Shown in pieces: positions 9,849 through 17,302 of a DNA stretch of 64,000 bases. The DNA lies in assembly GCA_015494465.1 (NCBI GenBank), contig WGBD01000002.1, forward strand, positions 131,683 to 195,682, read 5' to 3'. Under the pieces are notes generated by a model, which was given only the letters and a program-made list of their open reading frames with translations, was not told the DNA's origin and made no database searches. A program made the position numbers and the translations under genes. The DNA comes from Candidatus Omnitrophota bacterium. GTDB lineage: Bacteria; Omnitrophota; Gorgyraeia; S143-82. The number at the start of each line of letters is the position of its first letter. The stretch's first letter is position 1.

Positions 9849-11521
9849 ATCCTTGGCAAATCCAGGTCCCTGGGGAGGTAAAACTTGTCCCTAAACCTCT
9901 CGTCCTTAACCCGGACATCGTAATTCATGATTATGTGTCCGGAAAAGATAATCGCCTCGTCCCTAGCCACTATCCCTCCGTTAAAGGTTATCGCCCCCAC
10001 CCTGCCCGCTATGGCGTGGTTGGTGTAGATGAAGGCGTCAATCTGGGTGATCTGACTGTAGCTGTCCGCAATCTGACGGACGGTAGAGTCCTTAAAACTG
10101 GACTCGTAGTACCTACGGTTGGACCCGTCCTCCTTCTTGCCTCCATCGTAGTCGGTGTAGTCACCGTCGAACCAAGGGTTGCCATCCGCATCGAAATAAC
10201 TAACATAACCATTGCTGGCGTCCGTGCTATCCACCTTATAGGGGGAGGTGAAATAAGGACTCAGATAATACTTGGGGTAATCCCAAGAGGAATCGGTATA
10301 GTCTCCGATTATCACATTCCCCTTGGCAGCCAGACCTAAGAAGTCCTTACTCGCGTTGGCGGTATCTGTGTCTGCCGGGGAGTAGTCGGGTTTTGGCCAG
10401 GAGGGGGGATCCACATACTCCACATTCCCCAGGATGTGCACATTCCTCCCCGCGTAGATGACCCCCTGCCCCTTCACCTTCCCCTTTATCAAGACGTCGC
10501 CCGTTACCACAACCGGTCCGTTTATCTCTATCGGATTGGCGTCCGTGCCCACCAATATCAGGTTACCGTCGTAAACGCCGTTTATAACGGTGCTTCCTCC
10601 TATCTTTAGGGTCCCACCTTTGGTGGTGGCCACCGTCTTGTAGAACCCCAGGTCTCCTAGATAAGGCATGTTTACCGGGGTCTGGTGGGCATAGTGTTGA
10701 GAATCCCCGTCGTAGCCCGAGAGATAGGTGTAGGTGTCCAGCACCCCGTTCCCGTTGAGGTCCTCACCGGGATCTAGCACCCCGTTTCCGTTCGTATCCT
10801 CACTGGGGGCGGAGGGGTTCCCAGGTCTGGCCCGGGCAGGGGCAGTGGAATAGTAGGTCGAGAGGTCGTCCCAGCGGTTCGTCCCGCTTATGTCCCCGTT
10901 GCTCCCCAGCTCAGGGTCCACCCCCGCGTAGACATCGCCGTTGACCTTTGGATCGTACTTCAGAGAGAAGTCCCCGTTAGAGCGGACATCCCCATTTGCA
11001 GTGATAGAATACCCCCAGAACCAACCGTAGTTGTTTATAAAGTAGGCGTAGTCGAAGACCTCGGAGCGGGCTAGACCGTAGCGGATACCCACCTCCAAGG
11101 TCACCGTCATGTTCTCCACCCTTCCCACCGACCTCAGGACCACCAGCCTACCCACATCCTCGTCCAAGGGCTCTACCCGCTCCAGAGTAACCTCGTAAGA
11201 GCCCTCTCCCACGGTACCTGATACCGGGAATGCGTATTGTCCCGTCCCATTGGCAACATCGTCAAACCAAGTAAAACTGGAATCCGTCCAGGCCCCGGAG
11301 GCACCGTAAAAGTGTTCCATGAAACCGTTGTAGAGCTCGGTCTTCACCCGCTCTATCCCTGCCTGGGCGCAGTACAAGGCCTTGGTGTGGAGTCGCTGAT
11401 AGGTGCTGGTGATGTTGGAGCCGATCACCCTCACCGACATAACCGCTAGCATCCCCATGAAGAATACCATCAACGCATAGGAGGTGATCAACATGAAACC
11501 GTCCCGGGCCCCGATCCGCAT
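9827..11521 (-). CDS. PilX-like pilus-associated protein with Asp-rich calcium-binding-type repeats
   Basis: 564 aa. The N-terminus (hydrophobic segment plus 'AQAGIERVKTEL') resembles the PilX_N domain. A central region 'DTNGNGVLDPGEDLNGNGVLD' resembles thrombospondin type 3 or EF-hand-like Ca-binding repeats. Confidence 0.55.
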   Translation of the reverse strand: MRIGARDGFMLITSYALMVFFMGMLAVMSVRVIGSNITSTYQRLHTKALYCAQAGIERVKTELYNGFMEHFYGASGAWTDSSFTWFDDVANGTGQYAFPVSGTVGEGSYEVTLERVEPLDEDVGRLVVLRSVGRVENMTVTLEVGIRYGLARSEVFDYAYFINNYGWFWGYSITANGDVRSNGDFSLKYDPKVNGDVYAGVDPELGSNGDISGTNRWDDLSTYYSTAPARARPGNPSAPSEDTNGNGVLDPGEDLNGNGVLDTYTYLSGYDGDSQHYAHQTPVNMPYLGDLGFYKTVATTKGGTLKIGGSTVINGVYDGNLILVGTDANPIEINGPVVVTGDVLIKGKVKGQGVIYAGRNVHILGNVEYVDPPSWPKPDYSPADTDTANASKDFLGLAAKGNVIIGDYTDSSWDYPKYYLSPYFTSPYKVDSTDASNGYVSYFDADGNPWFDGDYTDYDGGKKEDGSNRRYYESSFKDSTVRQIADSYSQITQIDAFIYTNHAIAGRVGAITFNGGIVARDEAIIFSGHIIMNYDVRVKDERFRDKFYLPRDLDLPRIWSWKEL

Positions 11522-11528
11522 AGTACCG

Positions 11529-12002
11529 CTACCTCCCTATCTGGGAGAATATCGTTGCCAGTCGATAACTCATAGGCCTACCCCTCACCGTCCAGGTCAG
11601 GGTAAGCTCTACCTCCATCACCGCCTTGGTGAGGTGGGGATGGGCGAATCCTGACCACACATAACCGTCGGCGTAGGTGTAGGACCACTGATTGGCGTAA
11701 CCGTTCTTCTCTTCGTCGTAGACCAAAGGGAAGTCCACCTGCACTTGGAGGTTATCCAACCCCCGCCCGTACCCGTTGCTCACGACCCAGTTGCCCCAGT
11801 CCCTGGTCCTTATATCCTCCAAGGGCGAGTCCGCCATCTCCTCCAAGATCGTTTCCGCCAAGTGGACGGCCTGATTCTTCTTCGCCTGGTAGGAGACATC
11901 TAGGACCTGATAGGTGATCAAACCTAACAGGCCTACGACCGCTATCCCCAGCACGAAGACCGCAACGCTCAACTCCACTAGGCTCAGCCCAGTCCTGTCC
12001 AT
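11529..12002 (-). CDS. PilV-like minor pilin (prepilin N-terminal motif)
   Basis: The internal ATG at 12002 gives 'MDRTG|LSLVELSVAVFVLGIAV'. It is preceded by GGAGGGGAG, the same Shine-Dalgarno context as pilA. The ORF track extends the ORF to 12062. Confidence 0.65.
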   Translation of the reverse strand: MDRTGLSLVELSVAVFVLGIAVVGLLGLITYQVLDVSYQAKKNQAVHLAETILEEMADSPLEDIRTRDWGNWVVSNGYGRGLDNLQVQVDFPLVYDEEKNGYANQWSYTYADGYVWSGFAHPHLTKAVMEVELTLTWTVRGRPMSYRLATIFSQIGR

Positions 12003-12008
12003 CTCCCC

Positions 12009-12047
12009 TCCAAAGAAGCGCGAGGGCGGTTCCCCACCGCCCTCGCG
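12009..12047 (-). terminator. intergenic hairpin between pilA and pilV (candidate partial terminator/attenuator)
   Basis: On the minus strand, GCGCGAGGGCGG-UGGGGAA-CCGCCCUCGCG forms a perfect 9-11 bp GC-rich stem. It is followed by CUUCUUUGG. Confidence 0.4.
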
Positions 12048-12086
12048 TCGTACTGCACCCAAAGAAGGCCAAATCAGGCTAAGAGA

Positions 12087-12533
12087 CTATATTCTCTCCC
12101 AACCACCGTTATCACAGGTACCGTTGTAAGCGGTCTGCCAGAGATCACCTCCAGTAAGGGCCTTGTAGCACTTGCTCCCAAAGCGCTCGTTCTTGGGCGT
12201 GGCCAGTATGTTGTAACTGTCGGTGCTGATGGAGACCACATTGATGGTGTAGTGCTGAGATCTCAACTCGATACTGCTACCTGCGTTAGAATACCTGCTG
12301 GGCAATAGGTCGTGATTGGCCAAGGTGCTTAACGGATTGGTGTTCGGATACTCGTCCTCCCTTATGAAGTAGGTCTCCAAGGCGGTGGCTATGGTGCGGA
12401 GCTCTCCCAGCGCGGACTTCTCGTTGGCTGCCTTCCTACTACCCACCATGTTGGGTATGGCCACAGCGATGAGGATTGCGATGATCGCAACCACGATCAT
12501 CATCTCGATCAGCGTGAAACCTCTTCTGTCCAT
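12087..12533 (-). CDS. pilA: type IVa major pilin
   Basis: 'MDRRG|FTLIEMMIVVAIIAILIAVAIPN' is a canonical prepilin leader with Phe1 and Glu5. 148 aa with C-terminal cysteines. GAGGAGGGGAGAG lies directly upstream of the ATG at 12533. The ORF track extends the ORF to 12566. Confidence 0.8.
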   Translation of the reverse strand: MDRRGFTLIEMMIVVAIIAILIAVAIPNMVGSRKAANEKSALGELRTIATALETYFIREDEYPNTNPLSTLANHDLLPSRYSNAGSSIELRSQHYTINVVSISTDSYNILATPKNERFGSKCYKALTGGDLWQTAYNGTCDNGGWERI

Positions 12534-12625
12534 CTCTCCCCTCCTCTTTTTAAGGATAAAGCCCAAGAGTGGTTCTTAACCCAAGCCCTCTGCCGACCTC
12601 CGGAGTCCTTTCACCTCCTTTCCGG

Positions 12626-12660
12626 GCAACAAAAAAACCTGTCCAGCTACGCCAGACAGG
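12626..12660 (-). terminator. intrinsic terminator (expression platform of the pilA leader)
   Basis: Minus strand: ACCUGUC-UGGCGUAGCUG-GACAGGU followed by UUUUUUU. It lies about 90 nt upstream of the pilA start codon. Confidence 0.7.
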
Positions 12661-12666
12661 TTTACC

Positions 12667-12771
12667 CCATCGACCGGCAGCTGGCTGTCCGGACCTCTCT
12701 CCCCCCTTCAGGGCCGAGGCCTTGGGACCCTATAGCTTTGCGCCCCCGCATTCCTGCGGGTTTGCCTTTAT
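12667..12771 (-). ncRNA. c-di-GMP-I (GEMM)-like riboswitch aptamer in the pilA 5' leader
   Basis: Minus-strand RNA: AUAAAGGCAAACC-CGCA-GGAA-UGCG-GGGGCGCAAAGC-UAUAGGGUCC ... GGACAGCC...CCGGUCGAUGG. It aligns with the Vc2 GEMM core: GGGCAAACC-AUUC-GAAA-GAGU-GGGACGCAAAGCC ... CCGAUGG. P1 is capped by a GNRA tetraloop. Confidence 0.5.
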
Positions 12772-12828
12772 CGGTCCAAAATTCAGACTCCAATCCAGCC
12801 AAAGAGCAGTCAATCTCACCCGATTCAA

Positions 12829-12856
12829 AGTATAGTCTATCAATCCTGCCTGTCAA
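12829..12856 (-). promoter_or_regulatory. near-consensus sigma70 promoter (TTGACA-N16-TATACT) driving the pilA leader
   Basis: Minus strand: TTGACAggcaggattgatagacTATACT. It sits just downstream of the porin terminator and about 55 nt upstream of the GEMM-like element. Confidence 0.5.
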
Positions 12857-12869
12857 CTCTCCCCCCCTC

Positions 12870-12908
12870 AAAGAAAAGAAGGGGAGGCGTGCGCAAACAC
12901 ACCTCCCC
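12870..12908 (-). terminator. intrinsic terminator of the porin gene
   Basis: Minus strand: GGGGAGGUGUG-UUUGCG-CACGCCUCCCC followed by UUCUUUUCUUU. It begins about 13 nt after the porin stop codon. Confidence 0.7.
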
Positions 12909-12921
12909 AACACAGCCGACC

Positions 12922-14145
12922 TTAGAAGTTGACGGTCATGCTGCCGAGGACTTCAAGGGCGGTATCGTCCTTCTCGTAGCAGTCACCCGGCCAGAACGCA
13001 GCGACCGTCAGACCGAACTGGACATCGGAGGTGTAATCCCAAGTGAGATACACATCCAGCTCGTTTCCGAGGTCGTCGTCCTTGTCCACGGAACCGTAAG
13101 CAACATCCTCGTCGGCCCAGAAGTGATAGAAGTCAGCGGACAGGGTGACATCCTCCATCACATCCACCGCACCGCTGAGCTTCAGGGCAAGGATGTTGCT
13201 GTCGAAGTCCACTATCTCACCGATGTCCTGATCGTTGTAAGGGGCATACCAGGCCTCGTAATCCCCAGCGGAAGGATCCTTATCACCGCTCCTGTAGAGG
13301 ACTGCCAGACCGACGCTGGCGTTCTTCTCCGCATCCACCACATAGTTGAGGCTGGCGTCTATCGCCATGGCATCGTAATCGTTCTCACCGTAGTCACCGA
13401 AGAGGTAAGCCACCTCCAAGGCACCGGTGAGCCCTTCCATGATCTCGCCGGTCACCCGACCGCCGATGTACTGACGGGCATCGTCGTTGTTGGCCTCAAC
13501 ATCAGTCCCATCGTAGACATAGTAGAGCTCGATTGCAGCGCCCTTGAGGTCGAAGTTGGTGTCCACGACATAGATGTCGCCTTCACGGCTGTCGGTCAGC
13601 CCCCTGGGACGCAGGTAACCGACCTCTACATTGCCGTTGTCCAAGGCGTAATCCACCACGATCCCGTCGAAGGCGGCCTTCTTGTTCAGGTCCTTGAAGG
13701 TCAGGTTGGAAGCGCTGTCAGGGGTCCCGTCGCCGAGGATCAGCTGGGATCCGAGCTCGTACTTCCAGAACCCTGCCTTCAGGGACACCGGAGCGTAAAG
13801 GAACTCCTTCAACTCCGCATAAGCAGCAGCTGCGTAGACATTGTCCACAGCGTTGCCACCGAACTCCCTCTCGTCCCTGAGGAGGACGGTGGTGGAGACA
13901 TTGTCGGTCAGGTCCGCCTGGACCTTTAACTCGGTGGTGGTCATGAAGATGTCACCTGCCTCGTCGGCAGCATCCTCGTCGTAACCAGCACTGCTGGGCG
14001 CCTGTCCCTGCACGACATAGGCGTTACGATAGACGCCCTTTACCTCTAACTTACCGGAAACCTTTACATTCTGCACCTCGGCATAGGCACCTGCGGCCCA
14101 GAGCGCGACGAGTGCAGAGAGCATTAATATGCTGTACTTGCGCAT
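12922..14145 (-). CDS. outer-membrane beta-barrel porin-like protein
   Basis: 407 aa. Signal peptide 'MRKYSILMLSALVALWAAGAYA'. Alternating amphipathic strands rich in Asp, Tyr and Gly. C-terminal Phe ('...MTVNF'). GGAGG Shine-Dalgarno sequence and flanking strong terminators suggest high expression. Confidence 0.6.
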   Translation of the reverse strand: MRKYSILMLSALVALWAAGAYAEVQNVKVSGKLEVKGVYRNAYVVQGQAPSSAGYDEDAADEAGDIFMTTTELKVQADLTDNVSTTVLLRDEREFGGNAVDNVYAAAAYAELKEFLYAPVSLKAGFWKYELGSQLILGDGTPDSASNLTFKDLNKKAAFDGIVVDYALDNGNVEVGYLRPRGLTDSREGDIYVVDTNFDLKGAAIELYYVYDGTDVEANNDDARQYIGGRVTGEIMEGLTGALEVAYLFGDYGENDYDAMAIDASLNYVVDAEKNASVGLAVLYRSGDKDPSAGDYEAWYAPYNDQDIGEIVDFDSNILALKLSGAVDVMEDVTLSADFYHFWADEDVAYGSVDKDDDLGNELDVYLTWDYTSDVQFGLTVAAFWPGDCYEKDDTALEVLGSMTVNF

Positions 14146-14210
14146 ATCTTACCTCCTCTATGTTCAAAATCTTAGGCTCTCCACCTAAGACTTTATATCC
14201 CTACACCCCT

Positions 14211-14282
14211 CCAGATAATCCCCAAGCCTTCTTGTTCTTTTTCCTCACCTCCTTTCCAGGCCGTGATTTAGATTATCTGGGG
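14211..14282 (-). promoter_or_regulatory. 10-bp inverted repeat CCAGATAATC / GATTATCTGG in the porin upstream region
   Basis: Perfect dyad at 14211-14220 and 14271-14280, 50 bp apart, within 140 bp upstream of the porin ATG. A possible TTGACA -35 sits at 14368-14373. Confidence 0.3.
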
Positions 14283-14382
14283 TGTTGTTAAGAACTGCAA
14301 GCCAACAGACACATAAAGAGCGCCACCTTTACGAGTGCAGTAATATTCTGCCAGATATCCCTTCGGATGTCAATCCATAAAA

Positions 14383-15156
14383 TCAGTCCTCCGTCCTGGG
14401 TTCTATCGTCAATTGAACCGGATGCCTTACTACCTGTTCGCAGTAATCCCGCCTGCACCGGATCTTGGCAACGCTCAAGAGCCTTTTTCCTTCGGTCCTG
14501 CGATATCGATCTAGGCCATAATACGCCAAGTGGGTATAGGGCAAGGTCACCCGGAAGTAATCGTTAGGATCACACCTTAAGATGAGGTACAAGGCCCTCC
14601 CTGTCCCCATAACCCTGCATACGCTTCCCTCCACAGCACGGGCACTATCTCGCCACTTCCTCGCCTCTTCAGGAGGGATTATCCCAGGATATCTCCACAG
14701 GCCCCTTTTTGACTCCATAGCCTGCCTCTGGGCCTTGGCCAACAACCCAACATATTTCTCATTTGGCGGGATCACGAACACATAAGCCAGACCTTCCTTC
14801 AAGAGCGCGGTATTCACCATCTCTTTCCCCACCCAGACATAGGCAAGGAGCCGGCCGTACTTGTCCCTGACTACCTCGTCGTACTCCAATTTGATTTTCT
14901 TGCCCCCAACCAGTTGCTCGTTATACCTGTGGGCCTCCCGGGCCCAAGGTTGAGGGGTGGGATAGATCTCGGGGGTATCTATTCCGAGGTACCTGACCTT
15001 CTCCCCACTGTCCAGCACGATAGTATCTCCGTCTACTACATATCTGACCACTGCGGTCTTGGGGAGGCGGGAACAACCCGCAAGGAGAACAACTACCAGA
15101 AAAACCCCAATGGGCAAACGGAAGGGCCTACACGCCTTTCTTGAAGACCCTTGCAT
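14383..15156 (-). CDS. thermonuclease (staphylococcal nuclease/SNase-like) lipoprotein
   Basis: Lipobox 'LLAGCS'. 'VVRYVVDGDTIVLDSGEKVRYLGIDTPE' and 'NTALLKEGLAYV' are SNase-fold motifs. Confidence 0.8.
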   Translation of the reverse strand: MQGSSRKACRPFRLPIGVFLVVVLLAGCSRLPKTAVVRYVVDGDTIVLDSGEKVRYLGIDTPEIYPTPQPWAREAHRYNEQLVGGKKIKLEYDEVVRDKYGRLLAYVWVGKEMVNTALLKEGLAYVFVIPPNEKYVGLLAKAQRQAMESKRGLWRYPGIIPPEEARKWRDSARAVEGSVCRVMGTGRALYLILRCDPNDYFRVTLPYTHLAYYGLDRYRRTEGKRLLSVAKIRCRRDYCEQVVRHPVQLTIEPRTED

Positions 15157-15222
15157 AGCAAAATACCATCAATCCGATTATCAGTGCCCAGGAGATGCCC
15201 ATAAAAATCCAACCGTAGAGAG

Positions 15223-15510
15223 TCATTTCTCCATCACCACCTCGCACAGGACATCGTCTACGACGAACCTGACCCTATTCGCCTCAGCGGATATGACCCT
15301 GACTCTAGCCAGATCGGAGTCCCGTTCCTCCAGCTCCTTCACATCCACCGTTGGGCGGGATCCTTTCCTCATCACCACCCTTACCTTCAGGCTATAACGA
15401 TCCTTTTCTCTCACCAGGGGCCTGAAGATGTCCCTGGCGAGAGCGGTTATTCCCCAGATCAGAGCGAACAGAAAGACCAGTGATGGTAGGGGAAGAAACC
15501 GCTTCTTCAT
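15223..15510 (-). CDS. hypothetical small membrane-anchored protein
   Basis: 95 aa. An N-terminal hydrophobic segment followed by a charged beta-rich region. Stop-start overlap with the upstream gene. Confidence 0.35.
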   Translation of the reverse strand: MKKRFLPLPSLVFLFALIWGITALARDIFRPLVREKDRYSLKVRVVMRKGSRPTVDVKELEERDSDLARVRVISAEANRVRFVVDDVLCEVVMEK

Positions 15511-16127
15511 CTCCCTAACCCCTCTGAATAAGGCTTGTAGCGGAAGATTACCTCCATGTCCAGCATTACCCTCTCCTTCCCCGCCTGCTCAGACCAATGG
15601 ACCTCCAGCCGTCTCAGCCTGTAGACCACCGTATCTCCAAGCACTGCAAAGAAGTCGTCCAGCTTGTCGTAGTCCAAGTAGGCCTTTATCTGAACCGGTA
15701 CCATGAGAAACTTCACCCGGTTGACCTCCTGCTCGTAGGGGTGGCCTATCTTCAGAAAGACATCGTAGACCCCTATCTCGTGAAACAAGGACACTAAGGT
15801 GTCGAATACCTTACCGTTCACATAGGGAGTCTTCAGGGTGAGGTAGCTGTTGACCAGGCCTCTTATCTTAAGGTACTCTTTCATCCTCTGGCGTATGCTC
15901 CTGGCCAGGGAGTTGGTCTCTATCCAAAGCCTCTTCTGGGTTTCGTAGACCTTTGAGGCCTTCACCAGAGTCCCTATCCCTGGGACCACAGCCCAGATCG
16001 CAAAGAGGCCAAGGACTATCCAGGCGCTAATCTTAAGGGCCTTGAATAGCCTCTTTGCCCAGACCGGATCCAAGCCAGTGACCAGGTCATCCCATATGTA
16101 GATCAACCGGGACAAAGACAAAAACAT
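15507..16127 (-). CDS. hypothetical bitopic membrane protein (PilO/GspM-like architecture)
   Basis: 206 aa. One TM helix, then a helical region and an alpha/beta domain. Architecture only; no motif-level assignment. Confidence 0.4.
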   Translation of the reverse strand: MFLSLSRLIYIWDDLVTGLDPVWAKRLFKALKISAWIVLGLFAIWAVVPGIGTLVKASKVYETQKRLWIETNSLARSIRQRMKEYLKIRGLVNSYLTLKTPYVNGKVFDTLVSLFHEIGVYDVFLKIGHPYEQEVNRVKFLMVPVQIKAYLDYDKLDDFFAVLGDTVVYRLRRLEVHWSEQAGKERVMLDMEVIFRYKPYSEGLGR

Positions 16128-16680
16128 AGGAGACGATCCCCTCTCTGGGATTGACTTCCAACCCCTCCAAGCGGATGGTGTTTATGTACTTCCCCAATTC
16201 GCTCTTCGTCAGATCTTTCTTCATGGAAAGAAGGGTCTGATTGAGAAGGTTTTTATCCCCCCTCATCAATCCCTTTCCTATCACCCACAGGGTGTAAGTG
16301 CCGCTCTTCGTCTTATTCCACCTAACCGCGCTTATCCAAAAGGTCTCTGGTAAGTGCTCTTCCAAAAAGGGCCAGAGATGCCTCCACATCTTGCCGTAGC
16401 GGGCCTTTCGCAAAAAGGAGTAATATCGCATCCAGTAATCCCACTTCTCCTCTAGACTGACGGAGAGGGATTCCAGAAATGATTCCCTGGATGCCAAAAT
16501 CCTGCAGATCCTCTCCCGCCTTGCAACATCCCTGGCAGGGGCTATCACCGTGGCGTAGAGAAAGGCCATTACGCAGAGAGAAAGCAAGAGCAAGATACTC
16601 ACATCCTTGCCGTAGGAGGCAAATCGCTTTGTATTTAAGTGATAGCGAGAGAAGTTGGCCACTTTCATAGCGCGCCCCAA
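16087..16680 (-). CDS. hypothetical bitopic membrane protein (PilN/GspL-like architecture)
   Basis: 197 aa. Short basic N-terminus, a TM helix (ILLLLSLCVMAFLYATVIA), then a soluble domain. Confidence 0.4.
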   Translation of the reverse strand: MGRAMKVANFSRYHLNTKRFASYGKDVSILLLLSLCVMAFLYATVIAPARDVARRERICRILASRESFLESLSVSLEEKWDYWMRYYSFLRKARYGKMWRHLWPFLEEHLPETFWISAVRWNKTKSGTYTLWVIGKGLMRGDKNLLNQTLLSMKKDLTKSELGKYINTIRLEGLEVNPREGIVSYVFVFVPVDLHMG

Positions 16681-16692
16681 GTTACTAGAAGA

Positions 16693-17298
16693 TTATACCA
16701 CAGGATTGACCACCTCCACACGACGACCTTTGTGAATAACGGATACCTCTACCTCGTCGCCACTATTTAACGGACCTATCCCTGGAGGGGTGCCGGTGGC
16801 TATTACATCCCCCTCCTCTAAGGTCATCACCCGAGAGATAAAGCTCACCAGATAGGGGATTGAGAAGATCATGTTCGCACTGGAATCTCTCTGTCTCAAT
16901 CGTCCGTTCACCCTGGTCTCCACCTCTATAGGCTGGCTGAGGTCGAAGTCCTCTATTAACTCGTCAGATATTGGGCAGAAGGTATCGTAGGACTTGGCTC
17001 GGGTCCACTGTCCATCTCGTCTCTGGACATCCCTTGCGGTCACATCGTTTAGGGCGGTGATGCCCCGTATTACCTTTGGAACCTCCTCCTCCGAGATCGC
17101 CTTGCACCGCTTACCTATCACCACTGCTATCTCCCCTTCGTAATCAACCCGTCCTACCTCCTCGGGTAAGACGATGGGGTCTCCAGGGCCGATCACAGCC
17201 GTGGAGGGTTTTAAAAAGATGATGGGATACTCCGGGAGATCCATCCCGAGCTCTCGGGCGTGATTGATGTAATTGAGACCGGTCAATACCACCTTCAT
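16693..17298 (-). CDS. fumarylacetoacetate hydrolase (FAH) family protein
   Basis: 201 aa. 'IFLKPSTAV.GPGDPIVLP', 'DYEGEIAVVIGK' and 'GDVIATGTPPGIG' are FAH-fold motifs. Confidence 0.85.
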   Translation of the reverse strand: MKVVLTGLNYINHARELGMDLPEYPIIFLKPSTAVIGPGDPIVLPEEVGRVDYEGEIAVVIGKRCKAISEEEVPKVIRGITALNDVTARDVQRRDGQWTRAKSYDTFCPISDELIEDFDLSQPIEVETRVNGRLRQRDSSANMIFSIPYLVSFISRVMTLEEGDVIATGTPPGIGPLNSGDEVEVSVIHKGRRVEVVNPVV

Positions 17299-17302
17299 CT
17301 GC

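Noticed and set aside
11752-12072. 106-aa minus-strand ORF overlapping pilV in another frame
   Set aside because: Gly/Arg-rich shadow of the pilV coding region. pilV has the prepilin motif and a Shine-Dalgarno sequence.
12662-12913. 83-aa minus-strand ORF between the porin and pilA
   Set aside because: It spans the porin terminator, the sigma70 promoter, the GEMM-like element and part of the second terminator. It has no Shine-Dalgarno sequence and its translation is Gly/Arg-rich nonsense. The region is better explained as regulatory RNA.
12889-13929. 346-aa plus-strand ORF
   Set aside because: It is entirely antisense to the porin gene. Its composition is low-complexity and Val/Gly/His-rich, typical of reverse-strand shadows in GC-rich DNA. 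There is no Shine-Dalgarno sequence and no recognisable domain.
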